Origin: Mobula hypostoma
Lineage: Eukaryota
Assembly: GCF_963921235.1 (NCBI RefSeq)
Contig: NC_086097.1
Coordinates: 169,820,001 to 169,884,000 of the forward strand
DNA: 64,000 bases
Direction: 5' to 3'
The notes under the pieces: model-generated
Told to the model about the DNA's origin: nothing
What the model saw: the letters and a program-made list of their open reading frames with translations, nothing else
Databases searched by the model: none
In this document: in pieces, positions 13,493 to 25,882 of the stretch
Layout: every line of letters begins with the position of its first letter
Numbering within the stretch: position 1 is the stretch's first letter
Made by a program: the position numbers and the translations under genes

Positions 13493-13528
13493 AGTCCTGA
13501 CGAAGGGTCTCAGCCCGAAATGTTGACT
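13493..13528 (+). ncRNA. Minimal type I hammerhead ribozyme motif (PLE-associated, CpG-decayed)
   Basis: AGTC-CTGACGA-A-GGGTCTCAGCCC-GAAA-TGTT-GACT: conserved CUGAnGA and GAAA boxes, stem I AGTC/GACT and stem II GGG/CCC. Confidence 0.7.
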
Positions 13529-14999
13529 GTACCTCTTCCTATAGATGCTGCCTGGCCTGCTGTGTTCCACCAGCATTTTGTGTGTGTTGCTTGAATTTCC
13601 AGCATCTGCAGATTTCCTCGTGTTTGCATCCCCTAATATTAGATATTTTGACTGTAGGAAAAGGACACTAGCTGTCCCCTCTATCTCTCCTCACAAAATT
13701 TTATAACTTTAGCTGAACAAGATCCAGTCAGAACTTGAAGCATAGAATAGAACAGGCTCTTTTAACCCTCGATGACTATGCCAGCCGTGGTGCCTATCCG
13801 AATTAACCCATCAGCCTATGGTCTGCATCCCTCCATTCCCTGCCTGTTCACGTCTTTCTAAAAGCCTCTTTCGAACTGCTGTCGTATGTTTCCGCACTTC
13901 CCAGGCACCCCCACTCTGTAAAAACTTGCCTCATGAGTGTCCTTTAAACTTTCCATCCCGCTGCCTTCAGATACGCGCGGGCTGAATCGTTCCTGAGTAA
14001 GTGCCTGTGATCGACCAGGTAACTGGCTGTGCCCAGCCTGGCGTGCATTCAGACGGAGGGGGAGGCACCACCAACTCAGTTGAAGTTGCTGCTGTTTCCA
14101 GGGCTGGTGGAAGCGCGGACTGCCTCCGGACCTCACGAGAGCCGTGTCAGCAGAGCAGAGGAATTTGTCTTCCAGTTGCAGTCGGTCTCATTGCGAGCTG
14201 TAACACATGGCACATGGAAAAGGTAGGTGATGCCCGGCGAGAAGATGGCAGTGGGCTAGCAAGTCTTTCAGTAAGTAACTTTCAGATGTCTTGTGCGCTT
14301 ATCTTACCTTTTTAATATCTTAAGCAATCATTAAACCAACATGTTACCATTTACAATTGAAATGCTGATGTCTGCGCTAAAGCGTTTGATTCTTCTCTAC
14401 TGGATCTTTGAATTTTATTTTTAAACTATTTCACTAGATTGTTAGGAAAGCTGGTATTTATCACCTACAGTATACCTAAATACACCCCCATCACAGCGAA
14501 GGGCGATTTCATTTGTGAGTTGTATCCAAATCAGATGGGGTAGGGACTGCAGATTCCACCCCCCCCCCATTATCAGGAGGGGTCTTAACGACAATCCCGT
14601 GAGTTACATAGTCATAATTTGATGCTAGCTGGTTAGACAGGGTTTATTTCGTGTGTTGAACTCAGATAATCAGCTTGATGGTTAAACGTCTCTGCTCTGG
14701 GCGCTTGCCCAGGAACCAATCAGTTAACTCTGAAGCTATAGTGTGTTTAAGCTAATTCCTTATTAGTAGATGATAATAAATACTGTGACTATATGAAAAC
14801 AGGTAAAATGGACAGAGTGAAACCATCCTCTGAACTGCAAAGTCACGTGGTAAATTAGTAAATTATTATTGTCTCACGTATGGAGATTCAATGAGAAGCT
14901 CGTTTTCACGTCATCCGTACAAATCATTTCATCACATCAGTACAAGGAGGTAGGACAAGGGAAAATCAATAACAGAATGTAGAATAAAGTGTCCCCAAA

Positions 15000-15490
15000 T
15001 CCTAGGGACTTACTACTCGGGCACAATTGGGAGCATCCTGACTGGCTGCATCACTGCCGGGTACGGGAACTGTACTTCCCTCAATCGCAGGACTCTGCAG
15101 AGAGTGGTGCGGACAGCCCAGCGCATCTGTGGATGTGAACTTGCCACTATGCAGGACATTTACAGCGACAGGTGTGTAAAATGGGCCTGAAAGATCATTG
15201 GGGACCCGAGTCACCCCAACTATAAACTGTTCCAGCTGCTACCACCCGGGAAACGGTACCGCAGCATAAAGGCCAGGACCAACAGGCTCCGGGACAGCTT
15301 CCTCCACGAGGCCATCAGACTGATTAATTTACAGGGACACAATTGTATTTCTATGTTATATTGACTATTCTGTTGTATGTCTTACCGTGCATACTATTTA
15401 CTATAATTTGCACATTGCACATTCAGATGGAGACGTAACGTAAAGATTTTTATTCTTGCATGTGAAGGATGTAAGAAATAAAGTCAATTC
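15000..15490 (+). mobile_element. Rex1/Babar-like LINE 3' end, comparatively well preserved
   Basis: Encodes SILTGCITA...LQRVVRTAQRI...LFQLLPPGKRYRSIKARTNRLRDSFLHEAIRLIN and ends AATAAAGTCAATTC; CpG sites are retained. Confidence 0.75.
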
Positions 15491-15559
15491 GGTTACAGAG
15501 AAAGTGCAGTACAGGTAAACAATAAAGTGAAAGGGGAAAGATGATAGATTGAAGGGGAG

Positions 15560-15576
15560 GAGAGAGAGAGAGAGAG

Positions 15577-15608
<32 letters not shown>
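15560..15608. repeat. Compound (GA)n(GATA)n microsatellite
   Basis: Seen directly. Confidence 0.95.
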
Positions 15609-16348
15609 TCCCAAGTGCCAGAAAGCCTAATTTGCTGAATTCGATTCAACTGGCTAGTTACATTAACTGACGGATTTACTGATCAATTGTTGAAAAGATC
15701 AGGGTGATTTTCATCCCGGCCATGGTGCCCTGTCCTGTGGGAAATACATGATGGGATTTTTGAATGGGCTTGTGAAACGACACCCAGAGAAACCTGGCGC
15801 TGGGTGGTTTTCAGAATCAGACCTCCCTCTGATTATACGTGAGGAAGGAACTGAGCAGGGAGAAGGAAGGGACAGCAGCTGGGACAAGCGCAGAAGTACC
15901 TTAAAGGCCGGATCAGTTTTGAGAGGTTTGCAAAAGTCTGAAATCCAATTGGGTAGATGGAAAGGCCAGCGTGTTGCTGGAAATCTGCCCTCCAGTCCTC
16001 CCTCCCTCCCTCCTCTCTAGTTGTTCCGACTTACCTTTGGAAATCCTGTTAGAGAAGGTGCTGGAAGCTCCTCTATCATTGGATCAAAAAGGCAACTCAG
16101 TTCCCGCATTCTTGTATGCCCACCTCTCCTACATACAGTAGATATAAAAAAAATCTCATCCTGCTCTGAGGAGACAGTAATAGAACATTGATAGAGACAG
16201 TATAGCATAGGAACTGTCTCTTCAGCTCCTGTTGGCTGCGTCGACCATGATACCAAATGAAACTGATCCCTCCTACCTGCACATAACCCATACCCCTTCG
16301 TTCCTTGCCTATTCAATGTCCATCTAAATGCTACTAATCACCTCCCCG

Positions 16349-16783
16349 TGTCACAACCACCGATTCGGCGGCACAATAGTTATGGCAATTGCGCTTGTGA
16401 ATTTGGACGTGTCAGCTAATTATTATTTAATTGTGATAGTATTTAACTCCATTCTTGTCATTGTAGTGCTTGTCGAGACTCGGACAGAGCATAGCAATGC
16501 TTCGCTGCTGTTTTGCATTCGGCCTTCCCTGAGAGATTGGACTTTCAAATCAACTGACTCTGAAAACCAACAGTATTCGTTTAATGTTTAGACGTTCTTT
16601 TCAGCCCCAGTGTAGGCTTCGTTTTCCTTTTGAGAGTTTTAGTTGATGGCCCTGTTTGGCCTAGCATTTATTGTTTTATTTTCCCTTTAACACTGTTGGT
16701 ATTAAAGTCTGCGAACAATCGACCTGCTTCGGTGTCTCTCACTCCGCAATTGGGCCATGTCCGAACCTGGTAACGCCATGACA
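16349..16783 (+). mobile_element. Solo LTR (Gypsy-like)
   Basis: 435 bp bounded by TGTCA...TGACA, with ATTAAA at 16701. It interrupts a minus-strand CR1 tail. No TSD is visible. Confidence 0.65.
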
Positions 16784-17040
16784 ATGCATTCCAGGCAACT
16801 TCCACTCTTGTTGGTTAAACATCTTGCCCAGCACATCTTCCTCAAACTTTTCCACTCTCACCTTAATGCTATGACCTTTAGTGTTTGGTGTTTCTACCCT
16901 GTGAATGAGATTCTGAGCATCTCTTCTATCAATGCCTCTCATAATTTTATGAAATTCTATCCGATCTCCTCTTGGCTTTTGGTACTGCAAAGAAAACAGT
17001 CCAAGCGTGTCCAATGTGTCCTAGTGGCTAAAATCCAGGC

Positions 17041-19530
17041 AACAGTTATAATGGGTGACTTCAATCTACATATAGATTGGGTGAACCAAATTGGTAAGGG
17101 TGCTGAGGAAGAGGATTTCTTGGAATGTATGTGGGATGGTTTTTTGAACCAACATGTCGAGGAACCAACTAGAGAGCAGGCCATTCTGGACTGGGTATTG
17201 AGCAATGAGGAAGGGTTAGTTAGCAATCTTGTTGTGAGAGGCCCCTTGGGTAAGAGTGACCATAATATGATGGAATTCTTCATTAAGATGGAGAGTGATG
17301 TAGTTAATTCAGAAACAAAGGTTCTGAACTTAAAGAAGGGTAACTTTGAAGGTATGAGATGTGAATTAGCTAAGATAGACTGGCAAATGATACTTAAAGG
17401 GTTGATGGTGGATATGCAATGGCAAGCATTTAAAGATTGCATGGATGAACTACAACAATTGTTCATCCCAGTTTGGTAAAAGAATTAACCAGGGAAGGTA
17501 GTGCACCTGTGGCTGACAAGGGAAATTAGAGATAGTATCAATTTCAAAGAAGAAACATACAAATTAGCCAGAAAAAGTGGCACACCTGAGGACTGGGAGA
17601 AATTCAGAGTCCAGCAGAGGAGGACAAAGGGCTTAATTAGGAAAAGGAGAAAAAGATTGAGAGAAAGCTGGCAGGCAACATAAAAACTGACTGTAAAAGC
17701 TTTTATAGATATGTGAAAAGAAAAAGATTGGTTAAGACGAATGTAGGTCCCTTACAGTCAGAAACAGGTGAATTGATCATGGGGAACAAGGACATGGCAG
17801 ACCAATTGAATAACTACTTTGGTTCTGTCTTCACTAAGGAGGACATAAATAATCTTCCAGAAATAGTAGGGGACTGAGGGTCTAGTGAGATGGAGGAACT
17901 GAGTGAAATACATGTTAGAAGGGAAGTGGTGTTAGGTAAATTGAAGGGATTGAAGGCAGATAAATCCCAGGGCCAGATGATCTGCATCCCAGAGTGCTTA
18001 AGGAATTAGCCCAAGAAATAGTGGATGCATTAGTGATAATTTTTCAAAACTCTTTAGGTTCTGGATTAGTTCCTGAGGATTGGAGGGTGACTAATGTAAC
18101 CCTGCTTTTTAAAAAAGGAGGGAGAGAGAAACCGGGGAATTATAGACTGGTAAGCCTGACATCAGTGGTGGGGAAAATGCTAGAGTCAGTTATCAAGGAT
18201 GTGATAACAGCACATTTGGAAAGCGGTGAAATCATCGGACAAAGTTTGCATGGATTTGTGAAAGGAAAATCATGTCTGACGAATGTCATAGAATTTTTTG
18301 AGGATGTAACTAGTAGAGTGGATAGGGGAGAACCAGTGGATGTGGTATATTTGGATTTTCAACAGGCTTTTGACAAGGTCCCACACAGGAGATTAGTGTG
18401 CCAACTTAAAGCACATGGTATTGGGGGTATGGTATTGATGTGGATAGAGAATTGGTTGGCAGACAGGAAGCAAAGAGTGGGAATAAATGGGACCTTTTCA
18501 GAATGGCAGGCAGTGACTAGTGGGGTACCGCAAGGCTCAGTGCTGGGACCCCAGTTGTTTACAATATATATTAATGACTTGGATGAGGGAATTAAATGCA
18601 GCATCTCCAAGTTTGCGGATGACACGAAGCTGGGTGGCAGTGTTAGCTGTGAGGAGGATGCTAAGAGGATGCAGGGTGACTTGGATAGGTTAGGTGAGTG
18701 GGCAAATTCATGGCAGATGCAATTTAATGTGGATAAATGTGAGGTTATCCACTTTGGTGGCAAGAACAGGAAAACAGATTATTATCTGAATGGTGGCTGA
18801 TTAGGAAAAGGGGAGGTGAAATGAGACCTGGGTGTCATTATACACCAGTCATTGAAAGTGGGCATGCAGGTACAGCAGCTGGTGAAAAAGGCGAATGGTA
18901 TGCTGGCTTCATAGCAAGAGGATTCGAGTACAGGAGCAGGGAGGTACTACTGCAGTTGTACAAGGCCTTGGTGAGACCACACCTAGAGTATTGTGTGCAG
19001 TTTTGGTCCCCTAATCTGAGGAAAGACATTCTTGCCTAGAGGGAGTACAAAGAAGGTTCACCAGATTAATTCCTGGGATGGCAGGACTTTCATATGATGA
19101 AAGACTGGATCGACTAGGCTTATACTTGTTGGAATTTAGAAGATTGAGGGGGGATCTTATTGAAACGTATAAAATTCTAAAGGGTTTGGACAGGCTAGAT
19201 GCAGGAAGATTGTTCCCAATGTTGGGGAAGTCCAGAACGAGGGGTCACAGTTTGAGGATAAAGGGGAAGCCTTTTAGGACAGAGATGAGGAAAAACTTCA
19301 CACAGAGAGTGGTGAATCTGTGGAATTCTCTGCCACAGCAAACTGTTGAGGCCAGTTCATTGGCTATATTTAAGAGGGAGTTAGATATGGCCCTTGTGGC
19401 TAAAGGGATCAGGGGGTATGGAGAGAAGGCGGGTACAGGGTTCTGAGTTGGATGATCAGCCATGATTGTACTGAATGCCGGTGCAGGCTCGAAGGGCCGA
19501 ATGGCCTACTCCTGCACCTATGTTTCTATT
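17041..19530 (+). mobile_element. CR1 LINE, 5'-truncated ORF2 (endonuclease end and RT) with several stops and frameshifts
   Basis: MGDFN, YLDFQQAFDKVPH, GVPQGSVLGP, FADDTK and [13 protein letters not shown] motifs; TATGTTTCTAT tail. Nested in an older minus-strand CR1. Confidence 0.95.
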
Positions 19531-20505
19531 TTTCATCCTGGTGCACATCCTCCTCACTCAGTCCAAAGCTGCCCCATCCTTCCTGGAATGGGGCAGCCTG
19601 AGCTGTACAGTATTAGTTGGAAATACTTCAGGAGGTTTCATTTCATGGCCGGCTCCGCCCCTTATTGGTCATCTAACATGTTCATGGGATCTTCCTTCAC
19701 TTCATCAATTAACTATTGAACAGACTTGCTCAGATTGTCATTGATTAGCTATTGAACTGAACAGTTATAATTAATGAATAAAATCACTGTATTTTTAATT
19801 TGATGATTTTCTTCTCCCTTTCTTGCATTCTCTTCGGTCTTCCAGAGTCTCCAGAAGAGCTGTGCAGAATTAGTGACTCTGTGTAGGGTCAGTTTACCCA
19901 GTGAAACTGGATGACGTGATGTGTGGTGTTTTACTGCTCTGACATTGTCTTCTCCTCAAAACATCTTTTTAAACACTCCTTTGTGACAGAGCATTATAAA
20001 TTCATGCTTGGAACTTACGTAACTTTGTCTATCGCTTGGGCAATGTAGCATCATTTCCTCCACCTCTTCTCACACTCATCATTGAGTTCTAACTCTCAAT
20101 CCTTTCCTTTCCTTTCCTTTCCAGGTCCATCGTAACCCGGGGGTTGCAACTGACGAAGAGGACGTGAAAGACTTATCTTGAATACACCTCCTTTCTCCAC
20201 CTTAAACAGGCAGGTACCAGCACACACATTAACTCTTCATAAAGTCTGGAGCCTACTTACATAGAGCAGTACAGTAGAGGAACAGGCCCTTTGGCTCATG
20301 ATGTCATGCTGTCAATCAAAACTAATCCCACCTCCTTGCCCATGGTCTTTATCAATAGGATAGGATATAGGAACAGAATTAGGCCATTCAGCCCATCAAG
20401 TCTGCTCTGCCGTTTAATCATGCTTAATTATTTTGTCAACTTCACTCTCCCGCCTTTTCCCTTCACCCCTTTACAATCAAGGACCTATCCATCTCTCCCT
20501 TATAA

Positions 20506-21788
20506 ATGCAAGACATTCTACAGATGTTGGAAATCCGGAACAACACTTACAAAATGCTGAAGAAGCTCCAGAAACTCAGTAGGTCAGGCAGCATCTATAG
20601 AGATGAATAAACGGTCATCATTTCGGGTCAAGACCCTTCTTCAGGATTGGAAGGGAAGGGGGAACACACTGGTGAGGGGAGGGGAAGGACAATTAGCTGG
20701 AAGGTGATAGGTGAAGTCAGATGGGTGGGAATATTAAAGGGCTAGAGAAGAAGGAATCTGATAGGAGAGGCGAGTTGACCAAAAGAGAAAGGGAAGGAGG
20801 AGGAGCACCAGGGGGAGGTGATAGGCAGGTGAGGAAAAGAGGTAAGAGGCTAGAGTGGGGAATAGAAGAAGAGGGAAGGGGGAGGTAAAAAAATTACAGG
20901 TAAGAAAAATCGATGTTCATGCCATCAGATTGAAGGCTACCTAGACAGAATATTGCTCCTCGCCCTGAGAAGGGCCTTATGACAAACAAGGAGGCCATGG
21001 ACTGACATGTCAGAATGGGAATGGGGATTGGAATTAAAATGGTTGACGACTGGGAAATTCCACTATTGGGGGGATGGAGTGGAGATGCTTAATATAGCAG
21101 TTCCCCAATTTATGTCAGTTACCTCACCGATTTAGGTGAGGCAACGCTTCACCTGCGAATCCGTTGGGGTCATCTATTGTGCTCCTGATGGCCTCCTCTA
21201 CATTGATGAGACCCGACGTAAGTTGGAGGACCACTTTGTAGAGCTCCTTCGCTCCATCTGACAGAAGCAGTATTTCCTGGTGGCCAACCATTTTAATTCC
21301 TATCCCCATTCCCGTTCCAACATGTCAGTCCATGGCCTCCCCTTTTCCATGAAGAGGCCACTCTCAGGTTGGAGGAGTAACAGTTCATACTCCATCTAGG
21401 CAGCCTCCAACCTGATGGCATGAACATCAATTTCTCCATCTGGTATTTTTTTTCCTTCCCCGCTTCCCTCTTTATTCTATTCCCCACACTAGCCTCTTCC
21501 TTCTCATCTGCCTGTCACCTCCCCATGGTGCCCCTCCTTCCTCCCTTTCTCCCATGACCCACTCTCCTCTCCTATCACATTCCTTCCTCTCCAGCTCTTT
21601 ACCTTTCCCACCCACCTGGCTTTACCTAGCACCTTCTAGCCAATACTTCCCTTCTTCCCTCCTTTTTATTCTGGTGTCTTCCCCCTTCATTTCCACTCCT
21701 GAGCAAGAGTCTCGGTCCAAGACATTGCCTGTTTATTCACTTATAGTTGCTGTCTCACCTGCTGAGTTCCTCCAGCATTTTGTGTGTG
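20506..21788. mobile_element. Penelope-like element remnant with inverted arms
   Basis: Minus arm ~20506-21121 and plus arm ~21122-21788, the latter with a GIY-YIG remnant (FTCESVGVIY...YIDETRRKL). Hammerhead-like remnants near 20615-20647 and 21695-21730. Confidence 0.8.
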
Positions 21789-23174
21789 AAACCTTACCCT
21801 AACTGCACCAATAACTTGGCCTCCACAGCCCTGTGCGGCAATGACTTTCAGAGATTCACCGCCCTCTGACTGAAGAAATTCCTCCTTATCTCAGTTCTAA
21901 AGTGATGTCCCTTTATTCTGAGGCTGTGCGCTCAGATCCAGGACTCCCCTACTAAAGGAAGCATCCTCTCCATCTCCACTTTATCTAGGCCTTTCAGTAT
22001 CCAGTAGCTTTCAATGAGATCCACCCTCATCCTTCTGAATTCCAGGCCCAGTTTCATCAAATGCTCCTCAAACTTTAATCTTTTCAGTCCTGGGATCTTT
22101 CTTGTGAACGTTCTCTGGATCCTCTCCAGGGCAAGCTCAACCTTCCTTATAATTGCTCACAGTATTCCAATTCAGTTTGACCAATGGCTTATAAAGCCTT
22201 CTTTGGTCCTTGGTTTTATGTTCTAATCCAATTGCTATGAACGCTATCTCTCAATTCTGCTGCCTGATCATGTGCCTATTGCAGTCCTTTTAAACACTGC
22301 TGATGTAACTACTTCCATCACCACCCCTGGCAGGGCTTCCAGGCACCTCCCACTCTCTGTGCAATAAAACTTGCCACACAGCACTCCTTTAAACTTCCCT
22401 CATCTCAGCTTAAAGCGAAGCCCTCTATTATTTGACATTTCAACCCTGTGGAAAAATATTGATGATCTACTTTACATATACTGTACCTCTCGTAACCATA
22501 TATACTTCTACATAGTCCCCTCTTGGCCTCTGAGGAAGAGTATGGTTTCATAGGTCCATCCAGAATGGGGGTGGGGGAGGGTGGTAGAATGGCCCAGGAA
22601 TTAGTTTTACACAGTGCAAGTCCATGTCCAAGTCCTATTACAGTGGTTGCAGATACCAAACTGAGGCGCTGGTTTGACGGATCTAGACTGATGCTTTTCA
22701 ACGCTTTCCTTGGCGTTACCCACTCAGGGTCAAATTCACAGAGCCACACAGCATGGAAATAGGCCACCTATCTAAACCGGGGGAGTGCCTGAAGTGGGTG
22801 GAGGAGGCAAATATAATAGATGTTTAAGAGGCTCTTTGCCACGTGAACACGCAGAGAATGCAGGGAGATGGACAACGTACAGGCAGAATGGATTGGGTGT
22901 CATTAGGTTAATTAACTTGGCACAACATTGTGGGCCAGAGGGCCTCTTCCATTCTGTACTGTTCTATGTTCTATAACTTAATACTCTGTGAAGTGCTTTA
23001 GGACATCCAGTTTAGAAATAGGTGTTAAAGAATTGCATAAACTGCAGGTGTGAGAAATCTTGAGCAACACACACAAAATGCTGAAGGAAATCAGCAAGTT
23101 AGTCAGCATCTATGGAGGGGAATGAACAGTTGATGTTTCGGACTGGCACCTTTCTTCATGATTAAAGAATTGCA

Positions 23175-23770
23175 TACGGTGTATTGGCCTTCATCAACTG
23201 TGGGATTGAGTTCAAGAGCCAAGAGGTAATGTTACAGCTATATAGGAGTCTAGTCAGACCACAATTGGTCACCTCACTACAGGAAGGATGTGGAAACTAT
23301 AGAAAGGGTGCAGAGGAAATTTACAAGGATGTTGCCTGGATTGGGGAGCATGCCTTATGAGAATAGGTTGAGTGAACTTGGCCTTTTCTCCTTGGAGCAA
23401 CGGAGGATGAGAGGTGACCTGATAGAGGTGTATAAGATAATGAGAGGCATTAATCGTGTAGATGGTCAGAGGCTTTTCCCCAGGGCTGAAATGGCTAACA
23501 CGAGAGGGCACAGTTTTAAGGTGCTTGGAAGTAGGTACAGAGGAGATGTCAGGGGTAGGTTTTTTACCCAGAGAGTGGAATGGGCTGCCGGCAACAGTGG
23601 TGGAGGCAGATACGATAGGGTCTTTTAAGAGACACCTGGATAGGTATATGGAACTTAGAAAAGTAGAGGGCTACGGGTAGCCCTAGGTAATTTCTAAAGT
23701 AAGTACGTGTCCAGCACAGCATTGTGGGCCGAAGAACTGTATTGTGCTGTAGGTTTTCTATGTTTCTATT
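23175..23770 (+). mobile_element. CR1 LINE 3' end
   Basis: IERVQRKFTRMLPG...RRMRGDLIEVYKIM; TTCTATGTTTCTAT tail. Confidence 0.9.
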
Positions 23771-24295
23771 TATCATTACTGGCAAGCATGAAGCCATTGG
23801 TATGTTGGGAAATTCTATTCGGTTCACTTTCATGCGAATCTTTTAAAAGTGAGACAGGATGAGTTCAGGGCCTGCCTGCTCTTGCTAGAGTGAAGGTTAA
23901 TGTTTAGTGAGGGACAGTGAGGGTCCTGTCAGGAAAAAGGTGGTAGAGGCAGGAACAGTTACTTAAGAGGTGTCTGGACAGGTAGTGGAATGAGGGGTAT
24001 GGAATTAATGCAGGCAAGTGGGAGATTACTATAGAGGGGCTTGATGGTCAACATAGACACAGAGGGCAGAAAGGCCTGTTTCAAAAACTGTACAATACCA
24101 TGATTCAATCTTGCCAGGTGCATATATTTCGATATATTTGTCTCTGGACTCATTAGCAGTTCAGGAACCAGTGAAGGGACAGACAATAAGTACCAGCCTT
24201 AACAGTCATTCCACGTCCTGCAAAAAAATAGGAAAATGGTGCAGCCCCTGGAACTTTAAGCCAGACCAATAGCTCATCGGTCATTCAATTAAACA

Positions 24296-24314
24296 TGTTT
24301 CTTTTCTAAAGTAG
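24296..24314 (+). other. Candidate 3' splice acceptor (NAGNAG) for the MC5R coding exon
   Basis: TGTTTCTTTTCTAAAGTAG: pyrimidine tract plus tandem AGs ending at 24311 and 24314, about 80 nt upstream of the ATG. Confidence 0.5.
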
Positions 24315-24393
24315 ACCACACGTCTTTCTCTACAAGCACCTCACAGTGAAAGCAGAAGAGGATGACTACACCCTTGAAGTCCAGGAGTTAAGG

Positions 24394-25353
24394 ATGAATT
24401 TAACCAAGCTTTCCCTGACGAGGGTAACTCTGGCCGAGGCAATGGTGAACAGGACGAGGAGCTCTACTGCTTTATGTGAACAAGTCAGTGTAGCAGTTGA
24501 GGTGTTCTTAATTCTGGGTATCATTAGTCTGCTAGAAAATATTCTGGTTATTGCTGCAATTATTAAGAACAGGAACCTGCATTCACCTATGTACTTCTTT
24601 GTCTGCAGCTTGGCAGTGGCGGACATGTTGGTGAGTGTGTCCAATGCATGGGAGACTATTGTGATAACTTTACTCCACAACAGGCGTTTGGTTGTCAAGG
24701 ACAGCTTTGTCAAACACGTAGACAACGTGTTTGACTCCATGATCTGCACCTCAGTGGTGGCATCCATGTGCAGTCTCTTGGCCATTGCTGTTGATAGATA
24801 CATCACCATATTTTACGCATTGCGCTACCACCACATCATGAGCATGAAGAGAGCGGCCTTTATTATTGCAGGGATCTGGGCGTTATGCACCGGGTGTGGC
24901 ATCATTTTCATCATCTACTCCGAAAGCCCAACTGTCATCATCTGTCTTGTCACTATGTTCTTCGTTATGCTGCTCCTCATGGCATTCCTCTATAGCCACA
25001 TGTTTCTGCTGGCCCGCTCTCACGCCAAGCGGATTGCTGCTATGTCAGGCTCCAACTCCATCCATCAGCAGGCAAGCATGAAAGGTGCCATCACCTTGAC
25101 AATCCTGCTTGGCATCTTCATTGTCTGCTGGGCACCATTCTTCCTGCACCTCATCCTCATGGTCTCCTGCCCCAGGAACCTTTACTGCACGTGCTTCATA
25201 TCACACTTCAACTTGTATCTGATCCTCATCATGTGTAACTCGATCATTGACCCACTCATCTACGCCTTCCGCAGTCAAGAAATGCGGAAGACGTTAAAGG
25301 AGATCATTTGCTGCCATAGTTTAAGGGCAGTTTGTGGACTTACTGTCAAGTGA
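24394..25353 (+). CDS. MC5R: Melanocortin receptor 5 (319 aa, intronless ORF)
   Basis: 7TM class A GPCR with melanocortin-receptor motifs [39 protein letters not shown] and [21 protein letters not shown]5R-type residues and convergent linkage to MC2R. First in-frame ATG is 24394 (the track's 24346 start is a GTG). Confidence 0.92.
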   Translation: MNLTKLSLTRVTLAEAMVNRTRSSTALCEQVSVAVEVFLILGIISLLENILVIAAIIKNRNLHSPMYFFVCSLAVADMLVSVSNAWETIVITLLHNRRLVVKDSFVKHVDNVFDSMICTSVVASMCSLLAIAVDRYITIFYALRYHHIMSMKRAAFIIAGIWALCTGCGIIFIIYSESPTVIICLVTMFFVMLLLMAFLYSHMFLLARSHAKRIAAMSGSNSIHQQASMKGAITLTILLGIFIVCWAPFFLHLILMVSCPRNLYCTCFISHFNLYLILIMCNSIIDPLIYAFRSQEMRKTLKEIICCHSLRAVCGLTVK

Positions 25354-25771
25354 GACTACAGTGAGTGAAGGTTGTTGGCTTTTAAAGGTTCCAATAACTA
25401 AATATAGTGGAAGTCATGATCTGATACAGTTTTTAGCACAACTTCTCTTCTTGTCCACTTGTCCCTCTGGGAATATGCTCTAGTGTTTAGTTTGTATCTT
25501 TTAACAGTACAGCTGTATTCTGAGGAGCTTTGAGTCCCTCCTCTGGTTAATTTCTCCTGCCAAGAAACCCCACCACCTTGCATTTATCTGTATTGAATTT
25601 CAAATGCCCAGGGAAAAGTGAGAGAGAGAAAAAAAACTCTCCTGGTGCTGGAAACCTGAAGTAAGGATGGAAAATGCTTAGCACAGGTCTGGCAACATCT
25701 GGAAGGTCTGGCAACACCCAAAACTAGGAAACATTAGAAAATAAGCAGAGGAGAGGAAGGGGTGGATTGCT

Positions 25772-25882
25772 AATAAAGTGGTTGAGACCCTGAGAGAGTG
25801 AACAATGCAAATGATTTTTCTGTAACAGAGAGTTTGAAGCTTCTTAATTACTGCTGATCTTCCTTGAGAAGGTGTAAATAAA
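25772..25882 (+). other. Candidate MC5R polyadenylation signals
   Basis: AATAAA at 25772-25777 and 25877-25882, about 420-530 nt after the stop codon. Confidence 0.35.

Larger units (their letters stand above)
12727..13627. mobile_element. Penelope-like element remnant with head-to-head inverted terminal repeats
   Basis: 15-bp TSD ATCCCCTAATATTAG (12712-12726 and 13628-13642). The left arm is the reverse complement of the PLE 3' repeat and the right arm is forward. It sits inside a minus-strand CR1 fragment. Confidence 0.85.

Noticed and set aside
16757..17479. 240-aa ORF with a novel N-terminus
   Set aside because: Chance fusion of LTR end, antisense CR1 and sense CR1 endonuclease sequence.
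24346..24393. 16-aa N-terminal extension of MC5R from the ORF track
   Set aside because: It starts at GTG; the first in-frame ATG is 24394.
24366..24809. Antisense ORFs over MC5R (and 47345-48097 over MC2R)
   Set aside because: Shadow ORFs of real coding sequence with no recognisable domain.
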